A stretch of 64,000 nt of DNA from contig OZ242029.1 of assembly GCA_965205015.1 (NCBI GenBank), forward strand, positions 896,001 to 960,000, written 5' to 3'. The stretch is from Candidatus Poribacteria bacterium. Its GTDB lineage: Bacteria; Poribacteria; WGA-4E; WGA-3G. A model generated the notes under the pieces. It saw nothing but the letters and a program-made list of their open reading frames with translations, had not been told where the DNA came from and did no database searches. The position numbers and the translations under genes were made by a program. This document shows positions 50,161 through 60,394 of this stretch, piece by piece; positions within the stretch are counted from its first letter, which is position 1, and each line of letters begins with the position of its first letter.

Positions 50161-50468
50161 ATGGACAACTACCGAAAAAACTCATTGAGGTCAATATCCC
50201 TCTCCAAGCCATTAACATAGAATCCGCAAAAGACGCTTCCCTCACACACGGGTATCCGTCTATGCTCGATCGCTATCGGGCACGCCGGCCCCTCACAGCG
50301 TGCCGCGCTGTCATCTTCGCCAGTATGGTAGACGATCCCTCCGAATGCAAAGACGAATTTCCAACCGAACCTGAACAGAACGCCGAGGAGACGATGTTTT
50401 TAGAAACCGAACTCATCCGTGAATGGAAACCGAAAACTAACCTGAAAATGAACCCTGATAAACCCTAA
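50161..50468 (+). pseudogene. frameshifted chimera of the DUF1156 5' end and the GIY-YIG 3' end
   Basis: 50161-50386 resembles 43090-43319; 50380-50468 resembles 46520-46608; A6 instead of A7 near the start. Confidence 0.9.
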
Positions 50469-50742
50469 CACAATACGCTAACCCGAAACCTGAAAATAAA
50501 GTGTGTAAAGTTTTCGGCATTCACGGTTCCCTGTTCTAAAAACACTGATACAATACGTTAATTACATTTTCACATTTGTTTTTTCACGGAGAGACGGCTT
50601 ATGGCCTCTTGGCAACCCACGTCACGTCTACGTCCGCAAAAACCTCCGTGAAGTCTCCGTGAAAGTCAGGAAGCCATCGGAGCATTTACACGAAGATATA
50701 CAATTATCCATCCAACATCAAGAAAATTTTAGGAGCCTTTCG

Positions 50743-51792
50743 ATGCATTTTCGACTTTTTGTCTTATTCATATTCATAACAGTGCTGCTTTCAGGTTGCG
50801 AGAAGGCGCGACAACTCGTTACGCCACAAAAGGTAACAGCCACGGGCACTTGTACAGACGGAACCCGCGTGTTGAAGGTCGGCTTTTATGCCCATTTCGC
50901 GCCCATTAGTTACAGTGCTAACGAAGACCCTGCTTCGGCTGCATTCAATACACATCTCGGTTACGAAGCCGATCTATTGACCGCACTTGAAGCGATGGAA
51001 GGGGCGGGTTTGACGTTTTCTCGAACGGCTATCGCCGAGTGGGAGGGTATTTGGCTAAAGTCTGCTGAATCCGCGTATGATATTATCGGAGGCGGCATTA
51101 CCATTCTCGAATCTCGGAGGCAAGACGCGACAGGTATGCCCCTCGTCACCTTTACATCTGGACATATCAAGTTTCGACAAACGCTTTTGGTTCGTGCTGA
51201 AGATGCGGAACGTCTCTCCACACATGTTGCCCTCAACAGTGAAGTCCGTGTTGGTGCCCTTCCCGGCACGACGGGGGAGGCGCGTTTACTTCAACTTACC
51301 GGGCTTGCTGATGCCGACGGTGTTCTGCTATCGGACACCCGGGTTGAGACTCGCGACGGGACTGTAATCGTCGACGGCACAGCGGCTTACACGATTACAG
51401 CCGCCGGTGCCTCTCCGAACTTGGCGGGTAGGCAACATCTCTATCCACCTACGGAAACCATGCCGCAGGTCATCTATCTCGGTGATGCCTTGGGGGAATC
51501 GGAGCTGCTTGAGGCGCTCGTCGCGGGTCGTATTGATGCGATTGCGAGGGGTGAGAGCGGTAATCAGGAGGCCGCGCACGCCTCACACGGTGAACTCGTC
51601 GTCACCGCCTTTGATGAGCAGGTAGAGTATGGCGGATTTACGCTCGCCCTCGAAGATGCCGATCTCGCCGCCTGCATTGATGAAAAACTTGACTATCTGA
51701 CAGATAACAAGAATATCGGTTACGGAGAATGGTTGCAGGATCCATTGGTATTCATGAAACGTGCCAAGCAGTGGAACGCCACAGTAGAATAG
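50743..51792 (+). CDS. ABC transporter substrate-binding lipoprotein (family 3-like)
   Basis: Lipobox LSGC; LKVGFYAHFAPISY, GYEADLL, GITILESR, GTTGE. Confidence 0.8.
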   Translation: MHFRLFVLFIFITVLLSGCEKARQLVTPQKVTATGTCTDGTRVLKVGFYAHFAPISYSANEDPASAAFNTHLGYEADLLTALEAMEGAGLTFSRTAIAEWEGIWLKSAESAYDIIGGGITILESRRQDATGMPLVTFTSGHIKFRQTLLVRAEDAERLSTHVALNSEVRVGALPGTTGEARLLQLTGLADADGVLLSDTRVETRDGTVIVDGTAAYTITAAGASPNLAGRQHLYPPTETMPQVIYLGDALGESELLEALVAGRIDAIARGESGNQEAAHASHGELVVTAFDEQVEYGGFTLALEDADLAACIDEKLDYLTDNKNIGYGEWLQDPLVFMKRAKQWNATVE

Positions 51793-51840
51793 GCGATTAT
51801 ACTATATGGTAAATCTGACGGTTGACCGCTTATAAAAAAC

Positions 51841-51869
51841 TTGACAGTAGAACCGAAATCGGTTAATAT
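51841..51869 (+). promoter_or_regulatory. sigma70 promoter
   Basis: TTGACA-17 bp-TAATAT. Confidence 0.55.
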
Positions 51870-51931
51870 TGCCACATTAATGTCAGAACGAGTCCGATTC
51901 ACCTGATCGAACCGCAAGGTAAAATTAAAAA

Positions 51932-53089
51932 ATGAAAACCTATCGCGTTGCCATATTAGGATGTCGGAGCCGCGGCACCTCGGCAGCAAAAGCGTATCAC
52001 GCGCACCCACGCACTGAAATCGTGGCACTCTGCGACCTCGTCCAAGAACGGTTAGAGACGCTCGGCGACATCGTGAACGTCTCCGCACACTTCACCGACT
52101 TAGACGAGATGATTCGGCAGACAACACCCGATATTGTCGCAATCCCCACAGCAACAGAGGCACACTATCCGCTCTGTATGCGGGTCCTTGAACACGGCGT
52201 GAACATCGAGGTAGAGAAACCACTCTGTATCGATCTCGTTCAAGCCGATGAGGTACTGGCGAAAGCGAAAGCGAAAAACGCCCGCGTCGCTGTGCATCAT
52301 CAACGCCGCACGAGTCCATCGATGCAGGCAGTCGCCAAAGCCTTAAACGCAGGAAAAATCGGCGACCTACGCTACATCTACGCCAGTGGAAAAGGCTACT
52401 ACGCCGGTTACGGACTAATGAACATCGGAACGCACGTCGTCAACAACATGATGCGTTTCGGTGGGCACTGCCGGAGCGTCATGGCACAAGCAACGACGGG
52501 CGGACGTGCCATCGAACACGACGATGTCCTTCCTTCACCCGCTGGCATGGGGACAGTCGCAGGCGAATACGCCACAGCGACGCTCCAATTCGACGGAAAC
52601 GTCACCGGTACGCTCCTTCAGCACCGATTTCCGAAGGTAGACACCGATGCCTACGTCATGGAACTCTACGGCACTGAAGGGCGACTCTTCTGGTCGGAAT
52701 TGAAAGGTTCGTGGTGGCTCCCTACACCGCATTTCGTCCCTGACGGCACCCACGACCAATGGGAGACACTCGCCTCTATCTATCCAGACCATTTTGACCC
52801 CGACAAGGGCGCAAATGCCGATGATTACTGCTTCGTTGACGAATATGTGAAAGCATTGGATGAAAACCGAGAACATGAATCCAACGGCGAAGAGGGTCGC
52901 CATGTCATTGAGATTCTCATGGCAATCTTTGAGTCCGCCATCTACGGCACACGTGTGGAATTGCCCCAGAAAAACCGAGAGCATCCACTATTGCGATGGC
53001 GTACTGAAGCCGGTCTGGGTGAAATCAGGGATATGCCTCGCGATTACGGCACTTGGCTATCATTAGAAGACGAACGCCTCTACAAATAG
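51932..53089 (+). CDS. Gfo/Idh/MocA family oxidoreductase
   Basis: VAILGC..RG, VEKP, HHQRR, GTH. Confidence 0.9.
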   Translation: MKTYRVAILGCRSRGTSAAKAYHAHPRTEIVALCDLVQERLETLGDIVNVSAHFTDLDEMIRQTTPDIVAIPTATEAHYPLCMRVLEHGVNIEVEKPLCIDLVQADEVLAKAKAKNARVAVHHQRRTSPSMQAVAKALNAGKIGDLRYIYASGKGYYAGYGLMNIGTHVVNNMMRFGGHCRSVMAQATTGGRAIEHDDVLPSPAGMGTVAGEYATATLQFDGNVTGTLLQHRFPKVDTDAYVMELYGTEGRLFWSELKGSWWLPTPHFVPDGTHDQWETLASIYPDHFDPDKGANADDYCFVDEYVKALDENREHESNGEEGRHVIEILMAIFESAIYGTRVELPQKNREHPLLRWRTEAGLGEIRDMPRDYGTWLSLEDERLYK

Positions 53090-53200
53090 CCGTCAGCCAT
53101 CAGCAATCAGCCGTCGGTAAAGCCGTTTTCAGTAAACTGAATGCCTCTTTCTGAGGGCTGAAAGCCGAAGGTTTCTGACAGCCACTTGAAGGACAAAACT

Positions 53201-54010
53201 ATGCCGAATCCTACGACGAATGCTGACAATCTATCACCGATCCCGCTCACAGAGGAACAACGTTTTCTCTTTGATACCCGCGGATGGCTCCTGTTTCCAG
53301 GTATACTCAGCGAAACCGAGATCAAAGAGATGCGCGAGTTCTGTTATCAACTCAAACAGGAACCCGAATCAATAATTCCCGAGCACCACCGCTCTCCCAT
53401 CGGCGGTCCTCTTGAGAGTCTAACCGATCATCCAGTTGTGCTCGGATTCATGAACGAATTCCTGACTTCAGGCTATGCCAATGAGGACTGCTACGGATTC
53501 CGATTGGAAGGCACGTTTCTAACAATCCGTCCGAATGGACACGACAACTTCAGTCCGCACGGTGGGCGCGGGATGCTCAACTTTCCCGGTAACTCACATA
53601 CCTATCACCTACACCACGACAGTGCACACAGTGGACTGACGCGCGTCGTCTGGGAACTCAACCCCGTTCAGAAAGGTGGGGGTGGAACGATGTTCCTCAC
53701 GGGGAGCCATAAAGGCGCATTTCCTGCTCCGAAGTCAACAGCAGATCGCAATTCCCCACTCTGGGAGGATTACACCTGTCCTGCCGGCTCCGTGCTTATC
53801 TTCACAGAGGCAATCACACATACCGGTGCAAGATGGACAGACGAAGAGATCGATCGCGTTGCGCTTTTCCACTGCTATAACACCGTTGGAAACAAATGGC
53901 ATAAATGGGAACCGCATCCGAAGCACGTCAAAGAGATGCCGTTCAAACGCCAAACGCTCTTCCGCCCAGTCCACTGTCAGGACAACACGCCAACCTTGGA
54001 TGCAGTGTAG
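53201..54010 (+). CDS. phytanoyl-CoA dioxygenase (PhyH) family Fe(II)/2-oxoglutarate enzyme
   Basis: EEQRFLFDTRGW, GGT..LTGSHK, PAGSVLIFTEAITH, R. Confidence 0.85.
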   Translation: MPNPTTNADNLSPIPLTEEQRFLFDTRGWLLFPGILSETEIKEMREFCYQLKQEPESIIPEHHRSPIGGPLESLTDHPVVLGFMNEFLTSGYANEDCYGFRLEGTFLTIRPNGHDNFSPHGGRGMLNFPGNSHTYHLHHDSAHSGLTRVVWELNPVQKGGGGTMFLTGSHKGAFPAPKSTADRNSPLWEDYTCPAGSVLIFTEAITHTGARWTDEEIDRVALFHCYNTVGNKWHKWEPHPKHVKEMPFKRQTLFRPVHCQDNTPTLDAV

Positions 54011-54036
54011 TAAATAGTGTAGCGAAAGGATAAAAT

Positions 54037-55173
54037 ATGAAAATTACGAATGTGAAATCGTTTGCTTCAGCAGACGGCTATTTTTTTGTGAAAGTCGAAA
54101 CCGATGCGGGTATCTACGGTGTTGGTGAGGGCGGTCTCCGTCGCCGCTCCCTTGCCTTAGCCGAAGTCGTTCGCTCATTTGAACCGTTCCTCATCGGCGC
54201 AGATCCGTTCCGAATCGAACACCTATGGCAAGTGATGTTCCGTGGCGGCTTTTTCCCCGGCGGTGTCGTCCAATCCGCCGCAGTCAGTGCCGTAGACATC
54301 GCACTCTGGGACATCAAAGGAAAGGCACTGAATGTTCCCGTCTACGAACTTCTGGGCGGACGCACAAGAGACAAAGTCGTCTGCTACCCGCATAACGGCG
54401 GCGGATCAATTGATGCAATCATTGAAAGTTGCAGGCAAACCTACGAAGCCGGTTGGAAATTCGTCCGCTGGAGTGTGGTTGATCATTCTGACAGTGGAGG
54501 GACGTTTGAACCCAGACGCGCCATCCGAAACACCCTCAAGCAGGTGGAAGCCGTGCGTCAGGCATTCGGCGATGATCTCGAAATACTGATCGACGTGCAT
54601 ACCCGCCTCGATCCAGCAGACAGCCTCGATTTCTGTAACAAGGTCGCACAGTACAATCCATTTTTCATTGAGGATCCACTTCGCGCCGAGAACCCAGCGA
54701 GTCTCAGACGGCTTCGGCAGCAGACCTCGGTGCCTCTTGCCATCGGCGAGCAATTCGACAGCAAATGGACGTTCCGAGAAGTCATCGAAGAAGACCTCAT
54801 GGATTATTGCCGTGTTGATCTCTGCATCGCTGGTGGGTTAACAGAGGCACGTAAAATCGCTGGATGGTGTGAAACGCATTACATCTATATAGCACCACAC
54901 AATCCGTTGGGACCTGTATCCGCTGCAGCAGGACTGCATCTCTGTTTGTCATCCTCACTCGTCGGCGTGCAGGAACTCCCACGTGCCCCGATGTCTGCTC
55001 TAACCGATGCCTTTCCAGTTCAGGTGCCGTGGGAATCAGGCTATCTCCTACCACCTGAACGTCCGGGACTCGGCATCGAATTTAACGAAGACGCCCTTAC
55101 CGACGTCTCAACGCAAGAATACGGACCGCCTCACGGCTACCAACGCGATGACGGTGCCTACACGAATTGGTAA
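54037..55173 (+). CDS. mandelate racemase/enolase-superfamily acid-sugar dehydratase (DgoD-like)
   Basis: DIALWDIKGK..PVYELLGG, IDVH, FIEDP, IGEQ, APHN. Confidence 0.9.
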   Translation: MKITNVKSFASADGYFFVKVETDAGIYGVGEGGLRRRSLALAEVVRSFEPFLIGADPFRIEHLWQVMFRGGFFPGGVVQSAAVSAVDIALWDIKGKALNVPVYELLGGRTRDKVVCYPHNGGGSIDAIIESCRQTYEAGWKFVRWSVVDHSDSGGTFEPRRAIRNTLKQVEAVRQAFGDDLEILIDVHTRLDPADSLDFCNKVAQYNPFFIEDPLRAENPASLRRLRQQTSVPLAIGEQFDSKWTFREVIEEDLMDYCRVDLCIAGGLTEARKIAGWCETHYIYIAPHNPLGPVSAAAGLHLCLSSSLVGVQELPRAPMSALTDAFPVQVPWESGYLLPPERPGLGIEFNEDALTDVSTQEYGPPHGYQRDDGAYTNW

Positions 55174-55187
55174 TACCAACCCCGGGA

Positions 55188-55335
55188 GGTGCGGTTAGAT
55201 GAAGTTTAAATAAATATTTCGGTAATCCTATCCCAAAAAAGACTTTGTAGGGGGTTTTTGCTTGGGTGTTTCCCCAGGTCTTGTGCCTGCCCACATATTA
55301 CCGAATTAAATTCTTAATCTTCATGAAACCGCACC
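55188..55335. mobile_element. MITE-like element with ~39-bp imperfect terminal inverted repeats
   Basis: GGTGCGGTTAGATGAAGTTTAA...TTCGGTAAT vs ATTACCGAA...TTAATCTTCATGAAACCGCACC; encloses GTAGGGGGTTTTTGCTTGGGTGTTTCCC. Confidence 0.65.
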
Positions 55336-55360
55336 ACACCCCACAACGAAGGAGAATTGA

Positions 55361-56587
55361 ATGACAACTGCTGAAATCAAAGAGATGGCGACGGAATATA
55401 TCATTAATACTTACGGTGACAGAAGTCTCGCGTTCGTTAAAGGCGAGGGTCCCTATCTCTGGGATGCCGATGGTAAGAAATACCTCGACTTCCTCGGGGG
55501 ACTCGCCGTCAACGGATTAGGGCACTGCCATCCGAAGGTTGTCGCCGCCATTCGTGAACAAGCAGGCGAACTGCTGCACACATCCAATCTCTACTATATC
55601 CAACCGCAAGCAGAACTCGCGAAATTGCTTATCGACAACTCCGATATGGATCAGTGCTTCTTCTGTAATAGCGGTGCTGAAGCAAACGAAGCAGCAATTA
55701 AGTTAGCACGGAAATATGCCAAAGACGTAGATATAAGATCGCTGCGGCTTGATATATTTGAAGACGATGGAACCGATCCCTACGAAATCATTACGATGGA
55801 GAACTCGTTCCATGGACGGACGATGGCGACCATCACCGCCACCGCACAAACGAAATACCATGTCGGATTTGAGCCGATGCTCGAAGGCTTCAAATACGTC
55901 CCATTCGACGATCTGGAAGCAACCGAAGCCGCCATCAGTTCCAAAACCTGTGCCATTTTAGTCGAGCCGATTCAGTCCGAAGGCGGCGTTAATATCCCCA
56001 GCGATGGGTATCTCCAAGGATTACGAGAACTGTGTGACAAATATGAGCTCTTACTCATCTTCGATGAAGTCCAGACAGCAATGGGCAGATTAGGCACATT
56101 TTTCGGATACCAAAGCTACGGCGTTGTGCCAGATGTGATTACGATGGCAAAGGCGCTCGGTAGCGGTGTACCAATCGGTGCGATGTTGGCGAAACGACAC
56201 ATCGCAGAGAGTTTCGTCCCCGGTACGCACGCCGCAACATTCGGCGGAAATCCGTTAGTTACGGCGGCGGCATCTGCAACCGTCAGCACCATTCTGGAAG
56301 AAAACCTCGCCGTGAACGCCGTTAAAATGGGGAATTACCTCGCCGGTGGACTCATGGAACTAAAGGACAAGTACCCGATTAAAGAGGTACGAGGCAAAGG
56401 CTTACTCCGCGGCTTAGTCATGGACGTCGATGCGAAACCGCTCGCTGCGCAGTGTATTGAGAACGGACTGGTCACCATCTGCACCAACGATTATGTGCTT
56501 CGGTTCTTACCACCGCTCAATATCAACGCCGGGCACGTTGAGGAAGCCGTTAACATCGTCGAAAAATCGATGTCTGAAGTTCTCTAA
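55361..56587 (+). CDS. argD: acetylornithine aminotransferase (class III PLP)
   Basis: YLDFLGGLAVN.LGH, NSGAEANE, SFHGRT, EPIQSEGG, DEVQT, AKALG, TFGGNPL. Confidence 0.9.
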   Translation: MTTAEIKEMATEYIINTYGDRSLAFVKGEGPYLWDADGKKYLDFLGGLAVNGLGHCHPKVVAAIREQAGELLHTSNLYYIQPQAELAKLLIDNSDMDQCFFCNSGAEANEAAIKLARKYAKDVDIRSLRLDIFEDDGTDPYEIITMENSFHGRTMATITATAQTKYHVGFEPMLEGFKYVPFDDLEATEAAISSKTCAILVEPIQSEGGVNIPSDGYLQGLRELCDKYELLLIFDEVQTAMGRLGTFFGYQSYGVVPDVITMAKALGSGVPIGAMLAKRHIAESFVPGTHAATFGGNPLVTAAASATVSTILEENLAVNAVKMGNYLAGGLMELKDKYPIKEVRGKGLLRGLVMDVDAKPLAAQCIENGLVTICTNDYVLRFLPPLNINAGHVEEAVNIVEKSMSEVL

Positions 56588-56588
56588 G

Positions 56589-57452
56589 ATGTCATATATC
56601 GAAAAGCGCAACGCCACCGCATGGACAACAACCTATGTGTTCTGTCTCCTTCTTGCAGTCGTCGGATGTACGGGTCGTACAACTACAATTGAATTGTCAC
56701 CCGCGACCCGTACGGAATTGGACGCTATCCTCAACACACTGCAAGCGAGATACGACCTGACCGGCTCCTTAAAGATCACCCGAATGATCGTAACGATTGA
56801 GGAGGATGACCGGCGTGAGGAACTTCGAGAACTATTGTGGTATAAAAAATCAGAGAACGGCGGGGAACTGCTCCACATCCAAGCACTCGGAGGAATGAAC
56901 GAAACACGCGGCATCGCAATTGCCAATCAGGATAAGAACCAATTCCTACTCCGTCTTGTAAACGAGCAGAAAGCCTACCTTGGACCATTATCGGACGGAG
57001 TTTTGCGCGAAATTTTCGGTGTCGATCTACGCGTGTCAGATGTATTGAGTGCGATTTTCGCCAATCCGTTCCTTGACGGACGCACTGCTGACTTCATATC
57101 TGTTGAAAGCTCAGGGGCAAAATTCACCATCAAGCGTGCCGGTGCGCAAACTGGATATGTGGAGACCATTACGCTCTTTATTCGCGACGGTGAACCACGA
57201 GTTACAGAATGGCATATCCACAATGAAAATGGCACGCTTGAACAACACGCCATTTTCGGCGATTACCGTGAGGTGAGCGGGATCCTCCGACCCCACAAGG
57301 TGGAAATCGAACGTCCAGTTGAACAAACGCGGGTCGCAGTGAAGATTGCCAAAGTCGAACTGAACGTCGAGATTAGTGACAGTAAGTTTGATCCCGAACC
57401 CTTTCTGGGCGAGGATGTTGAAATCATCCCCTTGTCAGAATTACGGGAGTAG
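56589..57452 (+). CDS. lipoprotein, DUF4292/LolB-like fold
   Basis: Lipobox VVGC; DYREVSGILRPHKVEI; occupies the lolB position upstream of ispE. Confidence 0.55.
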   Translation: MSYIEKRNATAWTTTYVFCLLLAVVGCTGRTTTIELSPATRTELDAILNTLQARYDLTGSLKITRMIVTIEEDDRREELRELLWYKKSENGGELLHIQALGGMNETRGIAIANQDKNQFLLRLVNEQKAYLGPLSDGVLREIFGVDLRVSDVLSAIFANPFLDGRTADFISVESSGAKFTIKRAGAQTGYVETITLFIRDGEPRVTEWHIHNENGTLEQHAIFGDYREVSGILRPHKVEIERPVEQTRVAVKIAKVELNVEISDSKFDPEPFLGEDVEIIPLSELRE

Positions 57453-57464
57453 TGGACAAAAATC

Positions 57465-58343
57465 GTGCAAAAGATACGGGTTCGTGCTCACGCGAAAATT
57501 AACCTCTATCTGGATGTCGTAGGCAAACGCGAGGATGGCTATCACAACCTCGAAACGATCTTTCACTCTATCGGACTCCACGATGATGTCACCATCGAGA
57601 AAAAAGAGACGAAGGACATAACGGTTCGCTGTGAACATCCGGGGGTCCCCTGCGATTCGCGGAATCTGGCATATCAAGCGGCGCAGCTTCTCAGTGATGC
57701 GGTAGGCGGTATCAGTGGGATTGCAATTGACCTCCACAAACGGATCCCGGTCGCAGCTGGGCTGGCAGGTGGAAGCGCGAACGCCGCTGCCGTCCTCTAC
57801 GGCATGAACGAACTGTTCGGGCTAAATTTTACACAGGAAACCCTGATGCGTTTTGGCGGACAGTTGGGGGCAGATGTCCCGTTTTGCCTACACGGTGGCG
57901 CAGCCTTAGGACTCGGCATCGGCGACCTGTTAACGCGTCTCCCTGTCCTCTCCGATGTACCTCTGCTCCTTCTAAACCCCGGCATCGAAATTCCGACAGC
58001 AACTGTCTTTAAGAAATTGAATTTTTCCTTGACAACAGAAGAAAAAAGCAGTATAATTATAAGGACCTGTTTGGAGAAGAGCGATATCGCCGGTATCGGG
58101 AAAAACCTATACAACCGCCTTGAGGTCCCAGTTTTTTCCGAATATCCCGAAATTGCCGCGCTAAAAACCGAGTTATCTACGCAGACTGGGTCTTGTGGCG
58201 CGCTGATGTCGGGGAGCGGTGCTACGGTGTTCGCCGTGATGCAAAACGGGGACACAGCACGTCGGTGTGAGTCATACTTCAAAGACAGGGTCAGTTTTTG
58301 TACAACCACGGTAACCAGCCCCGTCGGTGTATCTGTATATTAA
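57465..58343 (+). CDS. ispE: 4-diphosphocytidyl-2-C-methyl-D-erythritol kinase
   Basis: AKINLYL, DGYH, KRIPVAAGLAGGSANAA, GADVPF, MSGSG. Confidence 0.96.
   Translation: MQKIRVRAHAKINLYLDVVGKREDGYHNLETIFHSIGLHDDVTIEKKETKDITVRCEHPGVPCDSRNLAYQAAQLLSDAVGGISGIAIDLHKRIPVAAGLAGGSANAAAVLYGMNELFGLNFTQETLMRFGGQLGADVPFCLHGGAALGLGIGDLLTRLPVLSDVPLLLLNPGIEIPTATVFKKLNFSLTTEEKSSIIIRTCLEKSDIAGIGKNLYNRLEVPVFSEYPEIAALKTELSTQTGSCGALMSGSGATVFAVMQNGDTARRCESYFKDRVSFCTTTVTSPVGVSVY
58029..58057 (+). promoter_or_regulatory. consensus sigma70 promoter inside ispE
   Basis: TTGACA-17 bp-TATAAT about 300 bp upstream of tRNA-Gln. Confidence 0.65.
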
Positions 58344-58350
58344 TGATTAA

Positions 58351-58422
58351 AGGGCGGTGGCCAAGCGGTAAGGCACAGGTCTTTGGAACCTGCATGCGTA
58401 GGTTCGAATCCTACCCGCCCTG
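58351..58422 (+). tRNA. tRNA-Gln(TTG), CCA not encoded
   Basis: Acceptor AGGGCGG/CCGCCCT, anticodon arm CAGGT-CTTTGGA-ACCTG, T arm GTAGG-TTCGAAT-CCTAC. Confidence 0.96.
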
Positions 58423-58557
58423 TCCCCTTTTAGGCACGGTTACCGAATCGCAGTATAACATCAGAAACCTTAGCACGTAATGAAATGGAGTGCGGATTTA
58501 AGAAAGGCACATCAAAGTTCAAACCTACCTCATTTAACCGCAAGGTATAATTAAAAG

Positions 58558-59235
58558 ATGCAACAAGCAAAATTAGAAGCGCAACAACGCAACACCTTTG
58601 GAAAGCAGAGCGCTCGGGACCTTCGGAAAGAAGGCGGGGTCCCTGCTGTGCTCTACGGTCGCGCACAAGACACTCTGGCGATCCAACTCAACGCGCGAAC
58701 CTTCAAACAATTCCTACGCACCTATGGTGAAAACGTCATCATTAATATGGAAGTCGGTGTTGGCGACACTGAAACTGTTATTATCAAAGAAATTCAGCGT
58801 CATCCGGTAGATAAACAGACCTTACTCCATGCGGATTTCATCAGAATCTCTCTGGATGAACCCGTGACATCCGCCGTGCCGGTAGTTATCGTAGGCAATC
58901 CACCCGGTGTTCAAGAGGGTGGAGTCCTTGAGATCCCCCTCCGCCAAGTGACCCTTCACTGTCTACCGATGCAAATGCCGAACGATATCACCATTGATGT
59001 CAGCCACTTGGAAATCGGTGACTCCATCACTGTCAGCGAATTAACCTTCGGCGAGGAAATCGACATCTTAGATGAACCAGAACGGACTATTGCGATGGTG
59101 AGCCAACCGCGCATCCAACTTGAGGATGAATTAACAGAGGCTGAAGAGGGTGAAGGAGAAGAGGAAGAAGCCGCTGAAGAACCTACGGAACCAGAAATTA
59201 TTTCCCGTAGGCGCGATGACAACGACGACGAATAA
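58558..59235 (+). CDS. rplY: 50S ribosomal protein L25/Ctc
   Basis: LRKEGGVPAVLYG, IQRHPV, HADF, GVQEGG, acidic tail. Confidence 0.96.
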   Translation: MQQAKLEAQQRNTFGKQSARDLRKEGGVPAVLYGRAQDTLAIQLNARTFKQFLRTYGENVIINMEVGVGDTETVIIKEIQRHPVDKQTLLHADFIRISLDEPVTSAVPVVIVGNPPGVQEGGVLEIPLRQVTLHCLPMQMPNDITIDVSHLEIGDSITVSELTFGEEIDILDEPERTIAMVSQPRIQLEDELTEAEEGEGEEEEAAEEPTEPEIISRRRDDNDDE

Positions 59236-59257
59236 CGTTGTAAGGAACATTAGAAAA

Positions 59258-60394
59258 ATGGTTCGCGCGCTTTTTTTCAGCATCCTCACGTGGATTATCG
59301 CACTCAATGGGCATGCTCAAGAAAACGCCGTTCGCTTTATTGATGTCAATGGCGCAACCATCGCCGAAGTGCCTGCCCAACGCCAAGCGGAGCAGATTTA
59401 CCTCCCCGTTGACGCGGTCAGACAGGTTTTCGATCCTAACATGACGGATCAATACAATCATCCACGAAAACGACTTACCCTGAAAACCAAAGACACGCAA
59501 ATCCGTTTACACATCGGACACCCGATCGTCGGTATCGATCCGAGTGGACTGACACATACCCTTCCGGCTCCCCCAATAATCATCGCGCAACAGCCGATGT
59601 TGCCTATCGCTTTTTTTACCCAAATTCTACCAGATTTCTACAATCTCGAAGCCCTTTACAACTCCAACTTGAAAAGGGTCCAGCTGAGACCCAAGGGAAC
59701 ATGGACTTTCCTCGCCGGATCAGGTAATCCCGTGAATTGGGCAATTATCATTGACCCAGGACACGGGGGGGCAGATGACCGTGGATGCGAAAGTAGTACA
59801 GGTCTCCTTGAGAAAGACATTGTACTTGCACTCGCAAAACAACTTTCTTCGATCAGCAAAGCACAAGGCATACAGGTCTACCTCACACGCCAGACAGATA
59901 TGAAAAAGACGCACTTTGAGCGCATTCAGGTTGCAAAACGGAACCAAGGACAACTCTTTCTCAGTCTACACTGCAACGCATCTTTTTCACCACATGAAAA
60001 GGGAATTAAGATTTACCTCAACAGTCCCAAAGGGCAACTTCGATTCCCAAGTAACGTTCAGTCAGCACTTACAGGACAACGGTTAAATATCCTTGCGCAA
60101 GCCAATTTCCTAAAGCAGAGCCAAGACTTCGCACACGTACTGCAAACGGAATTGAATTTTCTAACGGAAACACCCGTCGAAATTACCGAACTCCCACTGG
60201 CAGTGTTATCCGAAACCTATATGCCAGCGGTCCTTTTGGAAGTCGGCTATCTCTCCAACGTGGAGGATTTAGAGAAACTCTCTAATTCTGAATACATTGC
60301 AGATCTTGCCAGAGCAATTGTCCGCGCTTTCCAACGATACATTTCTTCTATTAACCCACCTGTCCGATCAACAGCATTAGAACAAGAACAGTGA
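59258..60394 (+). CDS. N-acetylmuramoyl-L-alanine amidase (Amidase_3)
   Basis: IDPGHGG, EK, YLTR, SLHCN, PAVLLEVGYLSN. Confidence 0.92.
   Translation: MVRALFFSILTWIIALNGHAQENAVRFIDVNGATIAEVPAQRQAEQIYLPVDAVRQVFDPNMTDQYNHPRKRLTLKTKDTQIRLHIGHPIVGIDPSGLTHTLPAPPIIIAQQPMLPIAFFTQILPDFYNLEALYNSNLKRVQLRPKGTWTFLAGSGNPVNWAIIIDPGHGGADDRGCESSTGLLEKDIVLALAKQLSSISKAQGIQVYLTRQTDMKKTHFERIQVAKRNQGQLFLSLHCNASFSPHEKGIKIYLNSPKGQLRFPSNVQSALTGQRLNILAQANFLKQSQDFAHVLQTELNFLTETPVEITELPLAVLSETYMPAVLLEVGYLSNVEDLEKLSNSEYIADLARAIVRAFQRYISSINPPVRSTALEQEQ

Noticed and set aside
46610-50470. Integron cassette array or prophage
   Set aside because: No integrase, attC-like sites or phage structural genes were recognised.
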